This document shows, piece after piece, positions 56,242 through 64,000 of a stretch of DNA of 64,000 nt. The stretch spans positions 2,205,824-2,269,823 of the forward strand of contig OZ247498.1 in the NCBI GenBank assembly GCA_965233675.1, given 5' to 3'. This stretch comes from Candidatus Azotimanducaceae bacterium. GTDB taxonomy: Bacteria; Pseudomonadota; Gammaproteobacteria; Pseudomonadales; Azotimanducaceae. A model generated the notes under the pieces. The model saw nothing but the letters and a program-made list of their open reading frames with translations. It had not been told where the DNA came from and made no database searches. The position numbers and the translations under genes were made by a program. Within the stretch, counting starts at the first letter, position 1, and every line of letters begins with the position of its first letter.

Positions 56242-56991
56242 TCACGCATTGTCGATGCAGTACCGGATACCGCGGCGCAGCAGCTCGTAGTACTCGGGCT
56301 TCTCCCAGCTGCCCCGCTCGATCACCGGGTAATACTCCACCATGGGCTGCATGTCGTAGTGACCCCGACAGTGACCAAGATTGAGATAAAGCACCTCGCC
56401 TTCTCCCACCGGGTTGACGTAGTACACGGGGCGCGGCGCATCGTCCGGCCAGTCCGCTTCCACAAAGCCCTGAGCCTGACCGGTGAATCGGCTCTGCAGC
56501 AGCAGGTGAATGTCGCCATGGATGCGGGAGAGATAGAGCTCGTCGTCGGTCTCGAACGGTTCGATTCCCTTGACGAGTTCATGTTCCGGATCCGCGATTT
56601 CCACCGTGAACGGCTGGATGGGTGGATGAGCGATGAACTGGGTGCCGAGCACGTTCATCAGCACCGGCGCAATTTCCGGTGCATCGACACCACCCTCATC
56701 CAGAAACTTCAGGATCGAATTGGTGCCGTGCAAGGCAAACCACCGCTTACCGCTGGCGATGAAGTCCCTCAATGCCTCCTGTTCTGCTTCCGTGGGAACC
56801 AGATTGCAGGTGTAGGTGATCAGGAAATCACTCCCGGCAATGGCCTCGATGTCGTGATAGTTCGAGGCCACTTCCGTACGCACCGACTCGTGCTCGGCCA
56901 GCAGCTTCAGAAGCTCCAGCCGGGCATAGTCGATATCGTGGAAATCACCGGCCGCGACCAGATAGACCTTGGTGGTTTCGTGCTCTGACAC
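56242..56991 (-). CDS. ThuA-like domain protein (class I glutamine-amidotransferase-like fold), copy A
   Basis: 249 aa. The KVYLVAAGDFHDIDYA...FLITYTC...WFALHGTNS pattern resembles ThuA-domain proteins (recall). Confidence 0.65.
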   Translation of the reverse strand: MSEHETTKVYLVAAGDFHDIDYARLELLKLLAEHESVRTEVASNYHDIEAIAGSDFLITYTCNLVPTEAEQEALRDFIASGKRWFALHGTNSILKFLDEGGVDAPEIAPVLMNVLGTQFIAHPPIQPFTVEIADPEHELVKGIEPFETDDELYLSRIHGDIHLLLQSRFTGQAQGFVEADWPDDAPRPVYYVNPVGEGEVLYLNLGHCRGHYDMQPMVEYYPVIERGSWEKPEYYELLRRGIRYCIDNA

Positions 56992-57018
56992 AGTGTCCTC
57001 CCGTCGCCTGAAAGCAGC

Positions 57019-57777
57019 CTAGAACTGAATGCGCTTGGTGATACCGCCGTCGATCACGATATTCGCGGCCGTGGTGAAGGCACCGAGCGGGCTCGCCAGC
57101 AGCGCGATCTGAGCCGCCACTTCCTCGGCGGTGCCCATCCGGCCGAGGGGGACGTCTGCCAGGGTCGCTTCGTAGAACGGCGTCATATTCTGCTTGATGA
57201 AATCCCAGGATCCCCCTTCGATCATGATGGGGCCGGGTGAGATGGCATTGACCCGAATGCCCTTGGCGCCCACGTCCTGGGCCAGCGCACCGGCATATTG
57301 AATCACCGCCGCTTTCATCGAATTGTAGGCACCGGCGGAGATGAACTTCTCCAGCGCCGCCGTGGAGGAAATCATGGCGATGCTGGCATTGTCAGAGTTC
57401 TCCAGATAAGGCATGCAGGCCTCCACCAGGCGTACGGCACCCAGCACGTCATGCTCAAAATTGGCGCGCCAGCCTTCCTCGCCGGGCGCATTGCCGCCCG
57501 AAACGTTGGAAACCAGGCAATCCACACCGCCGAGCGCTTCAGCGGATGCTTCCACCCAGGCTTTCAACGCATCACCGTCACCCACGTCCACGGACTGACC
57601 AAAGGCCGTCACGCCTTTTGCCTGCAACGCTTCCACCGCCGCCGCCACTTCCGCTTCATTACGCGCGCAGATGGCAACGTTGCAACCTTCGTCCGCCAGC
57701 GTATCAGCGATCGCCCGGCCGATTCCCTTGGTGGCGCCGGTGATGAGGGCCTTCTGGCCTTTGAGTTGTAGATCCAT
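57019..57777 (-). CDS. short-chain dehydrogenase/reductase
   Basis: 252 aa. TGATKGIG, NVSGG and YNSMK catalytic motifs. Confidence 0.9.
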   Translation of the reverse strand: MDLQLKGQKALITGATKGIGRAIADTLADEGCNVAICARNEAEVAAAVEALQAKGVTAFGQSVDVGDGDALKAWVEASAEALGGVDCLVSNVSGGNAPGEEGWRANFEHDVLGAVRLVEACMPYLENSDNASIAMISSTAALEKFISAGAYNSMKAAVIQYAGALAQDVGAKGIRVNAISPGPIMIEGGSWDFIKQNMTPFYEATLADVPLGRMGTAEEVAAQIALLASPLGAFTTAANIVIDGGITKRIQF

Positions 57778-57824
57778 TGTGAAGCTCCTTGTTACGTACT
57801 TGGTACACAGCGAAAGCTGTGTTC

Positions 57825-58190
57825 TTAGAGAATCAGATTCACTTTGCCCGCCTCGAGCGCAAGGGTAAATCGTTTCAGGCCGGCTTCCGCCGGTGCGCCT
57901 ATGGCCGCACCCGTGCGCACATCGAAGGAGGCGCCATGGGCCGGGCAGGTCAGTTCGTAGCCGCGCAAAGTCCCGCCAGCCAGGGGCCGACCCGCGTGGG
58001 TGCAGAGGTTACTGACGGCATAGTACTGACCATAGGCGTTGACGATGAGCACTTCCTCACCGCCCACCCGGGTGGCGGCCATCTCCCCTTCGCCGAGAGC
58101 CGTCATCGGTAACAGCGGAATCACTGGATCAGGCCCGTCGCCGTGCCGGTTGTGCCACTCATCTGAATTTCCCCTCCCTCGAACGGCCAT
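57825..58190 (-). CDS. Rieske [2Fe-2S] ferredoxin
   Basis: 121 aa. CTHAGRPL...CPAHGASF (CxH...CxxH) cluster ligands. Size matches dioxygenase-type ferredoxin components. Start is ATG 58190, with a weak SD. Confidence 0.85.
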   Translation of the reverse strand: MAVRGRGNSDEWHNRHGDGPDPVIPLLPMTALGEGEMAATRVGGEEVLIVNAYGQYYAVSNLCTHAGRPLAGGTLRGYELTCPAHGASFDVRTGAAIGAPAEAGLKRFTLALEAGKVNLIL

Positions 58191-58294
58191 TCTGGCGGAC
58201 TGCGCGAAAAACAGTCAAGCCTGCTTTTTTTTGCGTAACCGGCCAGCCATACTCCTACCAACCGGTACGATCGTCCGATGGGAGGAAAGCAGAC

Positions 58295-59554
58295 ATGAGC
58301 GACATTTTGAACACCCCGCTCAACGAATTGACCCCGATGAACCCGGAAGTGCTCGCCTGTCCACACGCCTTCAATGAACGCCTGCGCAGGGAAGCCCCCG
58401 TCTACCAGTGCCCGCACACAGGCATCACCTTTATTTCCGACTACGAAACCATCACCCGGATTGCCAAGGATTACGAGACCTTTTCGAATCGCTTCTCCAC
58501 CGCCATGCCGACCAGCGAATCCCGGGTGGATCCGCGCATCGTCGAAATCCAGAAAAAGGGTTACCCACCGGTGGACACCATGCTGACCCAGGACCCGCCA
58601 CTGCATCGTCGTTACCGGGGAATGGTCAATCAGGCGTTCACAGCCCGGCGGGTGGCGACCCTGGAGCCCGAGATCGAAAAACTCTGCCACGACATCATCG
58701 ACAGTTTCATCCACAACGGCCGTTGTGAGTTCGTGGCGGACTTCGCGGAGCGGGTGCCTCTCACCGTGATTGCCGATCAGCTCGGAGTGCCGCTGTCCGA
58801 TTACGAGCTGTTCAAGACCTGGTCCGATGCCTTTGTGGCCCAGCTTTCCCAGATGGCGTCGGCAGATGAGGCGGTGCAGGCGGCCGAGCTCATATTCGAG
58901 TATCAGCAGTACTTCGCGAAGAAGATCGAGGAACGGCGACTACAACCCCAGGACGACATCATTTCCGATATCGTCCACGCCCGGTTCGAGGATGAACGGC
59001 CGTTGGATGTGGCCGAAATGCTGTCGATCATCCAGCAGTTGCTGGTGGCCGGAAACGAAACCACCACGCATTCGATTGCCGATGGCATCCTGCTGCTCAT
59101 CCAGCATCCGAATCAGCACAGGCTGTTGAAGCAGAACCCTGATCTGATCGCGAATTTCGTCGAGGAAGTGCTCCGGCTTGCCACCCCGACGGCGAACATG
59201 TGGCGTGTGGCAACGAAAGACACCGAGATCAACGGCGTGCCCGTTAAAAAGGGTGCCATGCTGCAACTCCGGTATTCCTCCGCCAACCGGGACGAACAGA
59301 AGTTCGAAGCGCCACAGACCTTCGACGTCACCCGGGAAAACGCCCGCAGCAATCTGGCCTTCGGTCACGGCGTGCACATGTGCGTCGGCGCAAATCTGGC
59401 TCGTAAGGAGCTGGATACCGCATTCCGCGTACTGCTGGAGCGGCTGGACAACTTCGAGCTGGACTGTGAAGAGTCGGCGCTCAGCTATCCGCCCAACGTA
59501 CTGTTACGCGGGCTGGCGGAACTGCCCATCCGCTTCACACCCCGGGCGGACTGA
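58295..59554 (+). CDS. cytochrome P450
   Basis: 419 aa with GGAGGAAAG upstream. Haem loop FGHGVHMCVGANLA and I-helix VAGNETTT. Confidence 0.95.
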   Translation: MSDILNTPLNELTPMNPEVLACPHAFNERLRREAPVYQCPHTGITFISDYETITRIAKDYETFSNRFSTAMPTSESRVDPRIVEIQKKGYPPVDTMLTQDPPLHRRYRGMVNQAFTARRVATLEPEIEKLCHDIIDSFIHNGRCEFVADFAERVPLTVIADQLGVPLSDYELFKTWSDAFVAQLSQMASADEAVQAAELIFEYQQYFAKKIEERRLQPQDDIISDIVHARFEDERPLDVAEMLSIIQQLLVAGNETTTHSIADGILLLIQHPNQHRLLKQNPDLIANFVEEVLRLATPTANMWRVATKDTEINGVPVKKGAMLQLRYSSANRDEQKFEAPQTFDVTRENARSNLAFGHGVHMCVGANLARKELDTAFRVLLERLDNFELDCEESALSYPPNVLLRGLAELPIRFTPRAD

Positions 59555-59556
59555 GC

Positions 59557-60339
59557 TCAGCGCCCGCTCACCCAGTCGATGGCATTGCCGATCAGCTGCC
59601 GGAAGTGGGTGTTTGCATAGGCTTTCGGGTCGTCGCCGCACTGCAGATACACGATCCGGCTGGCCCCCACCTCCCGGGTCCAGCCGATCAGGCTCGAGCC
59701 CGGGGGATGATCCCAATCCGAGTTGTCGTGCATCTTTCCGCGCAGAACCACATTGGCGGCCGAGTAGAAATTCTCCCTGGTGAAGGCGTAGTCGGATGCA
59801 AGCAGAGGGGTCACATCCGTTTCGAAGACCTCATAGAGATAGAGCTCGTCGGTGATCTCGAAAGTCTCCGGCACACCACGCGTCACCGGATGATCAGCCA
59901 GCACACGCACCTGGTGCGTGACATCGTGCCGGTAGCCTGAATCCAGTCGCGCTTCACCTCGCACCTCGGCGGGCAGGTAGAGGAACCGGCCGCCGATGAG
60001 CTCGCCATATTCCGGCCAGGCTGGCCAGCCGGCGATGGCGTGATGAAGAAAGACGAAACCATGGCCTGCGTCCACCAGCGCGGAGAACTGCGCTTTGAAC
60101 GCCTCTTCAGGCGCTTCGAAAACCGGCCCTTGCGGACGGAAATCGATGCCCGGCATGTCGTAGATCACGAAGGCATCGTAGGCGGCAGCCTGTTCAATAT
60201 TCTGCAGGGCCCGTGCGGCCGGCTGCTCCACATGGGTCCAGTCCACCCCGGGCAACTCGTCGAACAGCGCAAAGAACGGCGCCCGCTCGAACGGGTGCCC
60301 CTTGGTCACAAGCAGTATGTTGCGTTCCCCGTCGCTCAT
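59557..60339 (-). CDS. ThuA-like domain protein, copy B
   Basis: Start moved to ATG 60339 (MSDGERNILLVTKGHPFERAPF...). Its stop lies 2 bp from the convergent P450 stop. Confidence 0.65.
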   Translation of the reverse strand: MSDGERNILLVTKGHPFERAPFFALFDELPGVDWTHVEQPAARALQNIEQAAAYDAFVIYDMPGIDFRPQGPVFEAPEEAFKAQFSALVDAGHGFVFLHHAIAGWPAWPEYGELIGGRFLYLPAEVRGEARLDSGYRHDVTHQVRVLADHPVTRGVPETFEITDELYLYEVFETDVTPLLASDYAFTRENFYSAANVVLRGKMHDNSDWDHPPGSSLIGWTREVGASRIVYLQCGDDPKAYANTHFRQLIGNAIDWVSGR

Positions 60340-60425
60340 AAGGCCACCTTGCCCCCATGGATACTCGGCTTTTAGTATGTCCGGGAGCAGCCTGCCCTTA
60401 AACCACCAACGTAAGCGAGCCACCG

Positions 60426-61116
60426 ATGGCCGACCCTGAGACCAGGATCGAGAAGACCTGGCAGCAGACCAAGAGCGAACAGACCCGGGAGAACATTCTC
60501 TCCTCCGCGATTGCCTGCTTCTACGATCTCGGCTATGCCAGCACCACGACGGACAATATCGCCAGGAGAGCGGGCGTTTCCCGGGGTGCCATGCTGCACC
60601 ACTTCCCCACCCGATTCGAACTGATCAGTGCCGCCATTCAGCATCTGAGCGACCGCTGGCTGCAGCGATTCACGGAGGTGGAGAGCCGGGTCAACGAAGG
60701 CGCCGACCACACCCGGGTGGGGGAAGGCATCGACGCCTACTGGGAATTGCTGAATTCCCCGGACTGGGTGGTGTTCAACGAGCTGAAGGTGGCTGCCCGA
60801 ACGGATCAGGAACTGGAGCAGGCACTGGTGCCAGCCTTGAAAGGGTTCGGCAAGGCGATGGCGGAGACGGCGCAGGAGCTGTACCCCCAACCTGGCCCTC
60901 TCGGAAGCCTACGAACGTGGCAACCTGCTCACCACCTACCTGCTCGAGGGCATGGCGGCTGCCAAGCTGATTCGCGGCATCCCGATCCCGGAGAAAAAGG
61001 TCCTCGACTGGCTGAAGCGGGAACTGGTGCGGAGTTATCAGGATGTGCTGACCACCGTCAAACGACCCAGCGATGAACTGCCGGACGCGCCCAAGCGGAA
61101 AAAAAGTCAAAGCTGA
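60426..61116 (+). pseudogene. TetR-family regulator with an apparent +1 frameshift in a C5 run (60884-60888)
   Basis: The N-terminal 154 codons are a normal TetR HTH (ENILSSAIACFYDLGYASTTTDNIARRAGVSRGAMLHHFPTR). After TACCCCC the track frame becomes Pro/Gly/Arg-rich nonsense. The +2 frame reads NLALSEAYERGNLLTTYLLEGMAAAKLIRGIPIPEKKVLDWLKRELVRSYQDVL... to TGA 61114-61116. Confidence 0.7.
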
Positions 61117-61180
61117 CTGTTTTAGTGACCCCGAGTTTGGATAAGATCTCTCCCCTTACTGCCTGAAGGGGAAACGGGGC

Positions 61181-62152
61181 TTGAATACTCAGATTTCAGA
61201 TTCCACGCTGAGGGACCTCCATCGTCGCATGGTCCGCATCCGCCTGTTCGAGGAAAGAGCCGGCAAACTGATGGAGGACGGCAAGATCCCGGGCGCCCTG
61301 CATCTCTACGTGGGCCAGGAAGCGGTCGCCTCCGGTGTGATGACCCACCTGTCCAACGAAGACTGGATCACCAGCACCCATCGTGGCCACGGCCATCTCA
61401 TCGCCAAGGGCGGCGAGTTCGGGCCGATGTTCGCCGAGCTCTACGGCCGCGCCACCGGCTATTGCAAAGGCAAGGGTGGCTCCATGCACATCTCCAACAT
61501 GGCCCTCGGCATGCTGGGTGCCAACGGTATCGTCGGCGGCGGGCCACCGATTGCGATGGGCGCCGGTTTCGCCAACAAGTTCAAAGGCAATGACCGGGTC
61601 TCCGTCACCTTTTTCGGCGACGGTGCCTCGAACGAAGGGTCTTTCCACGAAGCGGCCAACATGGCCGGCCTGTATCAGCTCCCGGTGCTGTTCGTCTGCG
61701 AGAACAATGGCTATGGCGAGTACACAGCCCAGGCGAATCATCAGGCGATCGTCGATGTGGCCGACCGGGCAGCCGGCTATGGCATGCCTGGTGTGATCGT
61801 CGATGGTATGGATGCGGTGGCCGTTCACGAAGCAGCCGGCGTTGCCATCCAGCGTGCCCGGGACGGCGGTGGACCGACGCTGCTCGAGTGCAAGACCTAC
61901 CGCTTCTACGATCATGTGGGCGTGCGCGGCATGGGACTCAAGTACCGCACCGACGATGAGGTGGAGGAATGGAAACGGCGAGACCCGATCACGCTGCTCG
62001 AAGGCCGCCTTGCCGAGCAGGGCATCCTCGCCGAAGTGGAGGCGAAAGCCGTGCACGAGGAAGTGGCAGCCGAGATCGATGCCGCCGTTGAGTTCGCTGA
62101 GAGCTCACCCTACCCGGAGCCGGATGCGCTCCTCGAAGACGTTTACGCATAG
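61181..62152 (+). CDS. TPP-dependent 2-oxoacid (acetoin/pyruvate-type) dehydrogenase E1 alpha subunit
   Basis: 323 aa. GQEAVASGV...STHRGHGH...GKGGSMH and the TPP motif FFGDGASNEG. Confidence 0.9.
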   Translation: MNTQISDSTLRDLHRRMVRIRLFEERAGKLMEDGKIPGALHLYVGQEAVASGVMTHLSNEDWITSTHRGHGHLIAKGGEFGPMFAELYGRATGYCKGKGGSMHISNMALGMLGANGIVGGGPPIAMGAGFANKFKGNDRVSVTFFGDGASNEGSFHEAANMAGLYQLPVLFVCENNGYGEYTAQANHQAIVDVADRAAGYGMPGVIVDGMDAVAVHEAAGVAIQRARDGGGPTLLECKTYRFYDHVGVRGMGLKYRTDDEVEEWKRRDPITLLEGRLAEQGILAEVEAKAVHEEVAAEIDAAVEFAESSPYPEPDALLEDVYA

Positions 62153-62162
62153 GGGACAGATC

Positions 62163-63161
62163 ATGGCAGAAGCAGCAGAAAAGCCCCGCACCCTGCCCTA
62201 CGTGGCGGCCATAACCGATGGCGTGCGGCAGATTCTGAAAGAACAGGACAATGCCTTCGTCGCCGGTGAGGATGTGGCCGGCGCCGGCAGCGTTTACGGC
62301 TATTACAACGGACTGCTCGAGGAATTCGGACCGAACCGGGTGTTCGACACACCCATCTCCGAGGAAGGCATCGTCGGCCTCGGTGTGGGGGCAGCCGCTA
62401 CCGGGTGCCGGCCCATCATCGATCTGATGTTCATGGACTTCCTCGGTGAGTGCATGGATGAGGTGGCCAATCAGCTCGCCAAGATGCGCTATATGTTCGG
62501 CGGCCGGGCGACCCTGCCGGTCACCATGCTGACCATGGCGGGCGCCGGCGCGAGCCTGGCCGCCCAGCACAGCCAGTCCCTGGAGGCCTGGATCTGCCAC
62601 CTGCCGGGGCTGAAGGTGGCAATGCCCACCACGCCTTATGACGCCAAAGGGTTGATCATCGCCGCGGCCCGGGACGATAACCCGGTGATCGTGGTGCTGA
62701 ACAAGATGTCGCTCGCCATCACCGGCGAGGTGCCTGAAGCAGCTTATGAGATTCCCCTGGGGCAGGCGAACGTGCTCCGGGAAGGTAAAAACCTGACCAT
62801 CGTCGCCCTCGGCCGGATGACCCACGAGGCGATCAAAGCCGTGGACGGCCTGGCCGAGCTTGGTATCGATGCCGAGGTGATCGATCCGCGTACCCTGCAG
62901 CCATTCGACATCGACACGGTGGTGAAGTCCGTCGAAAAAACGCACCGCGCCATGATCGTGCACGAAGCCGTTCGTTTCGGTGGCCTGGGCGGTGAGATTG
63001 CCGCCCAGATCCAGGAGCATGCCTTCGATTATCTGGACGCACCGGTCGCCCGGGTAGGCGCGCCGTTCTCGCCGGTACCTTTCAGCCCGGCGCTGGAGGC
63101 GGTCTATGTACCGAATGCGGAACGGATCGTTGCCGAAGCGAAGAAGATGCTGGGCGTGTAG
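62163..63161 (+). CDS. 2-oxoacid (acetoin/pyruvate-type) dehydrogenase E1 beta subunit
   Basis: Start moved to ATG 62163 (MAEAAEKPRTLPYVAAITDGV...). The track's longer ORF overlaps E1 alpha out of frame. Transketolase-like pyrimidine-binding and C-terminal domains. Confidence 0.9.
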   Translation: MAEAAEKPRTLPYVAAITDGVRQILKEQDNAFVAGEDVAGAGSVYGYYNGLLEEFGPNRVFDTPISEEGIVGLGVGAAATGCRPIIDLMFMDFLGECMDEVANQLAKMRYMFGGRATLPVTMLTMAGAGASLAAQHSQSLEAWICHLPGLKVAMPTTPYDAKGLIIAAARDDNPVIVVLNKMSLAITGEVPEAAYEIPLGQANVLREGKNLTIVALGRMTHEAIKAVDGLAELGIDAEVIDPRTLQPFDIDTVVKSVEKTHRAMIVHEAVRFGGLGGEIAAQIQEHAFDYLDAPVARVGAPFSPVPFSPALEAVYVPNAERIVAEAKKMLGV

Positions 63162-63169
63162 ACCCGCCC

Positions 63170-64000
63170 GTGGTGAATATCGGCATTATCGCCAACCCGG
63201 CATCCGGCAAGGACATCCGGCGTCTCGTCGCCCGGGCCTCGGTCTTCGACAATCCGGAGAAGCAGGCCATCGTGCAACGGCTGCTCGCGGGTATGGACGG
63301 GGTGCTCGGCAACTCCGACTGGCGGCTTTCCTATTTGGACGATGCACACGGCATCGTGCGCAACGCTGTCAGCAGCGTGCTCGGCGAGCAGTCGAGCCGG
63401 GCCGTGCCGGTGATGAGCGCGGAGACCGGCAGCGCCATCGACACCACCCGAGCGGCACGCGCGCTCTCTGAACTTCCCACTGACGTGAATCTGAGCCTCG
63501 GCGGCGATGGCACGAACCGCGCTTTCTGCCTGGGCTGGCGGAATGCCCCGCTGATTCCGATTTCCACCGGTACCAACAACGTTTTTCCCCGACTGATGGA
63601 AGCCACGGTCGCGGGCGCTGCCGCGGCCCTGGTGGCCTCTGGCCGCATTCCGATGGCCGAGGTATCCCGACAGCAGAAGGTCATCCGGGTGGAAATCGAT
63701 GGGGAAGCGGATGATCTGGCCCTGATCGATGCGGTTTTCGTCAACGAACGCTTTGTCGGCGCCCGGGCGCTCCTGCATCCGGAGAATCTGAGCTCCGCCC
63801 TGCTCACCATTGCCGACCCGGCTGCGGTGGGCATCACGGCCATCGGCGGCCTGATCGATCCGCTCAGTGAACGGGCAGACGAAGGGATGCGGATCGTGTT
63901 CGCCAGCCAGGATGAAGCAACCACCATTGTCCGCGCGCCGATTGCGCCCGGCTACTATCGGGAAGTCGGTGTCCGCGAGCACCGCCGAATCACCTTCAAT
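63170..64000 (+). CDS. AcoX-like / NAD-kinase-fold protein (3' end outside the window); absent from the ORF track
   Basis: Open frame with no stop from GTG 63170/63173 to the window edge. Contains the diacylglycerol/NAD-kinase motif LGGDGT and ISTGTNNVFP. Lies directly downstream of E1 beta. Confidence 0.6.
   Translation, partial: MVNIGIIANPASGKDIRRLVARASVFDNPEKQAIVQRLLAGMDGVLGNSDWRLSYLDDAHGIVRNAVSSVLGEQSSRAVPVMSAETGSAIDTTRAARALSELPTDVNLSLGGDGTNRAFCLGWRNAPLIPISTGTNNVFPRLMEATVAGAAAALVASGRIPMAEVSRQQKVIRVEIDGEADDLALIDAVFVNERFVGARALLHPENLSSALLTIADPAAVGITAIGGLIDPLSERADEGMRIVFASQDEATTIVRAPIAPGYYREVGVREHRRITFN

Noticed and set aside
58106-58190. A possible frameshift or alternative start at the 5' end of the Rieske ferredoxin gene. 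A strong GAGGGAGGGGA is followed 7 nt later by an out-of-frame ATG (58162) that opens only a 13-codon ORF.
   Set aside because: The in-frame ATG 58190 yields an N-terminus (..DEWHNR..) compatible with the first strand of Rieske ferredoxins, and the out-of-frame ORF stops after 13 codons. The evidence is insufficient to call a frameshift, but the start remains uncertain.
61803-62162. 120-codon N-terminal extension of the E1 beta ORF.
   Set aside because: It overlaps the E1 alpha coding sequence out of frame. The conserved E1 beta N-terminus starts at ATG 62163, 10 nt after the E1 alpha stop. The same logic was applied to the long 5' extensions of the sorA, sorB, SYLF, glcB, VOC, DUF1684 and TonB-receptor track ORFs.

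Overview
GC-rich, densely packed chromosomal segment: about 65 protein genes, almost no non-coding DNA, and gene content and order typical of a Gammaproteobacterium. All family assignments come from motif recall only; no search was run. The conserved anchor is the minus-strand operon infC-rpmI-rplT-pheS-pheT-ihfA-merR (25.6-31.3 kb). The usual upstream thrS is missing, and infC uses its classical AUU start, which the ORF track misses. The rest is mostly lipid and xenobiotic catabolism: 4 acyl-CoA dehydrogenases, 2 crotonases, 2 MaoC dehydratases, 4 SDRs, 2 cytochrome P450s, 2 APH-like kinases, several alpha/beta hydrolases and 2 TetR regulators. Also present are sorAB-type sulfite dehydrogenase, malate synthase G, rsgA, an acetoin-type E1 alpha/beta pair, a TonB-dependent receptor, an MFS transporter and an SSS transporter. 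I found no transposase, integrase, phage gene, CRISPR array, rRNA or tRNA, and no recognisable defence, toxin-antitoxin or secretion system. Despite the prompt, I cannot point to a clear-cut novel multi-gene system. The observations most worth a second look are: (1) an in-frame TGA inside the sodium:solute symporter, with the conserved C-terminus continuing in the same frame; (2) a TetR gene frameshifted at a C5 run beside an unusual cluster of P450, Rieske ferredoxin, SDR, two ThuA-like genes, an LLM oxidoreductase and an ABM monooxygenase; (3) two apparent pseudo- or variant enzymes, a C15 peptidase-like protein with Ser in place of the Cys nucleophile and a BlaR1/M56-like protein lacking HExxH; (4) a high density of short tandem repeats, three of which duplicate or abut a gene's stop codon; (5) a TonB-dependent receptor with two His/Asp/Glu-rich loops, a small CxxC partner protein and a repeated Fur-box-like 12-mer; (6) a terminator/antiterminator-like leader upstream of pheS with no Phe-rich leader peptide. 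The many long ORFs antisense to these genes are GC-driven shadow ORFs and were rejected.
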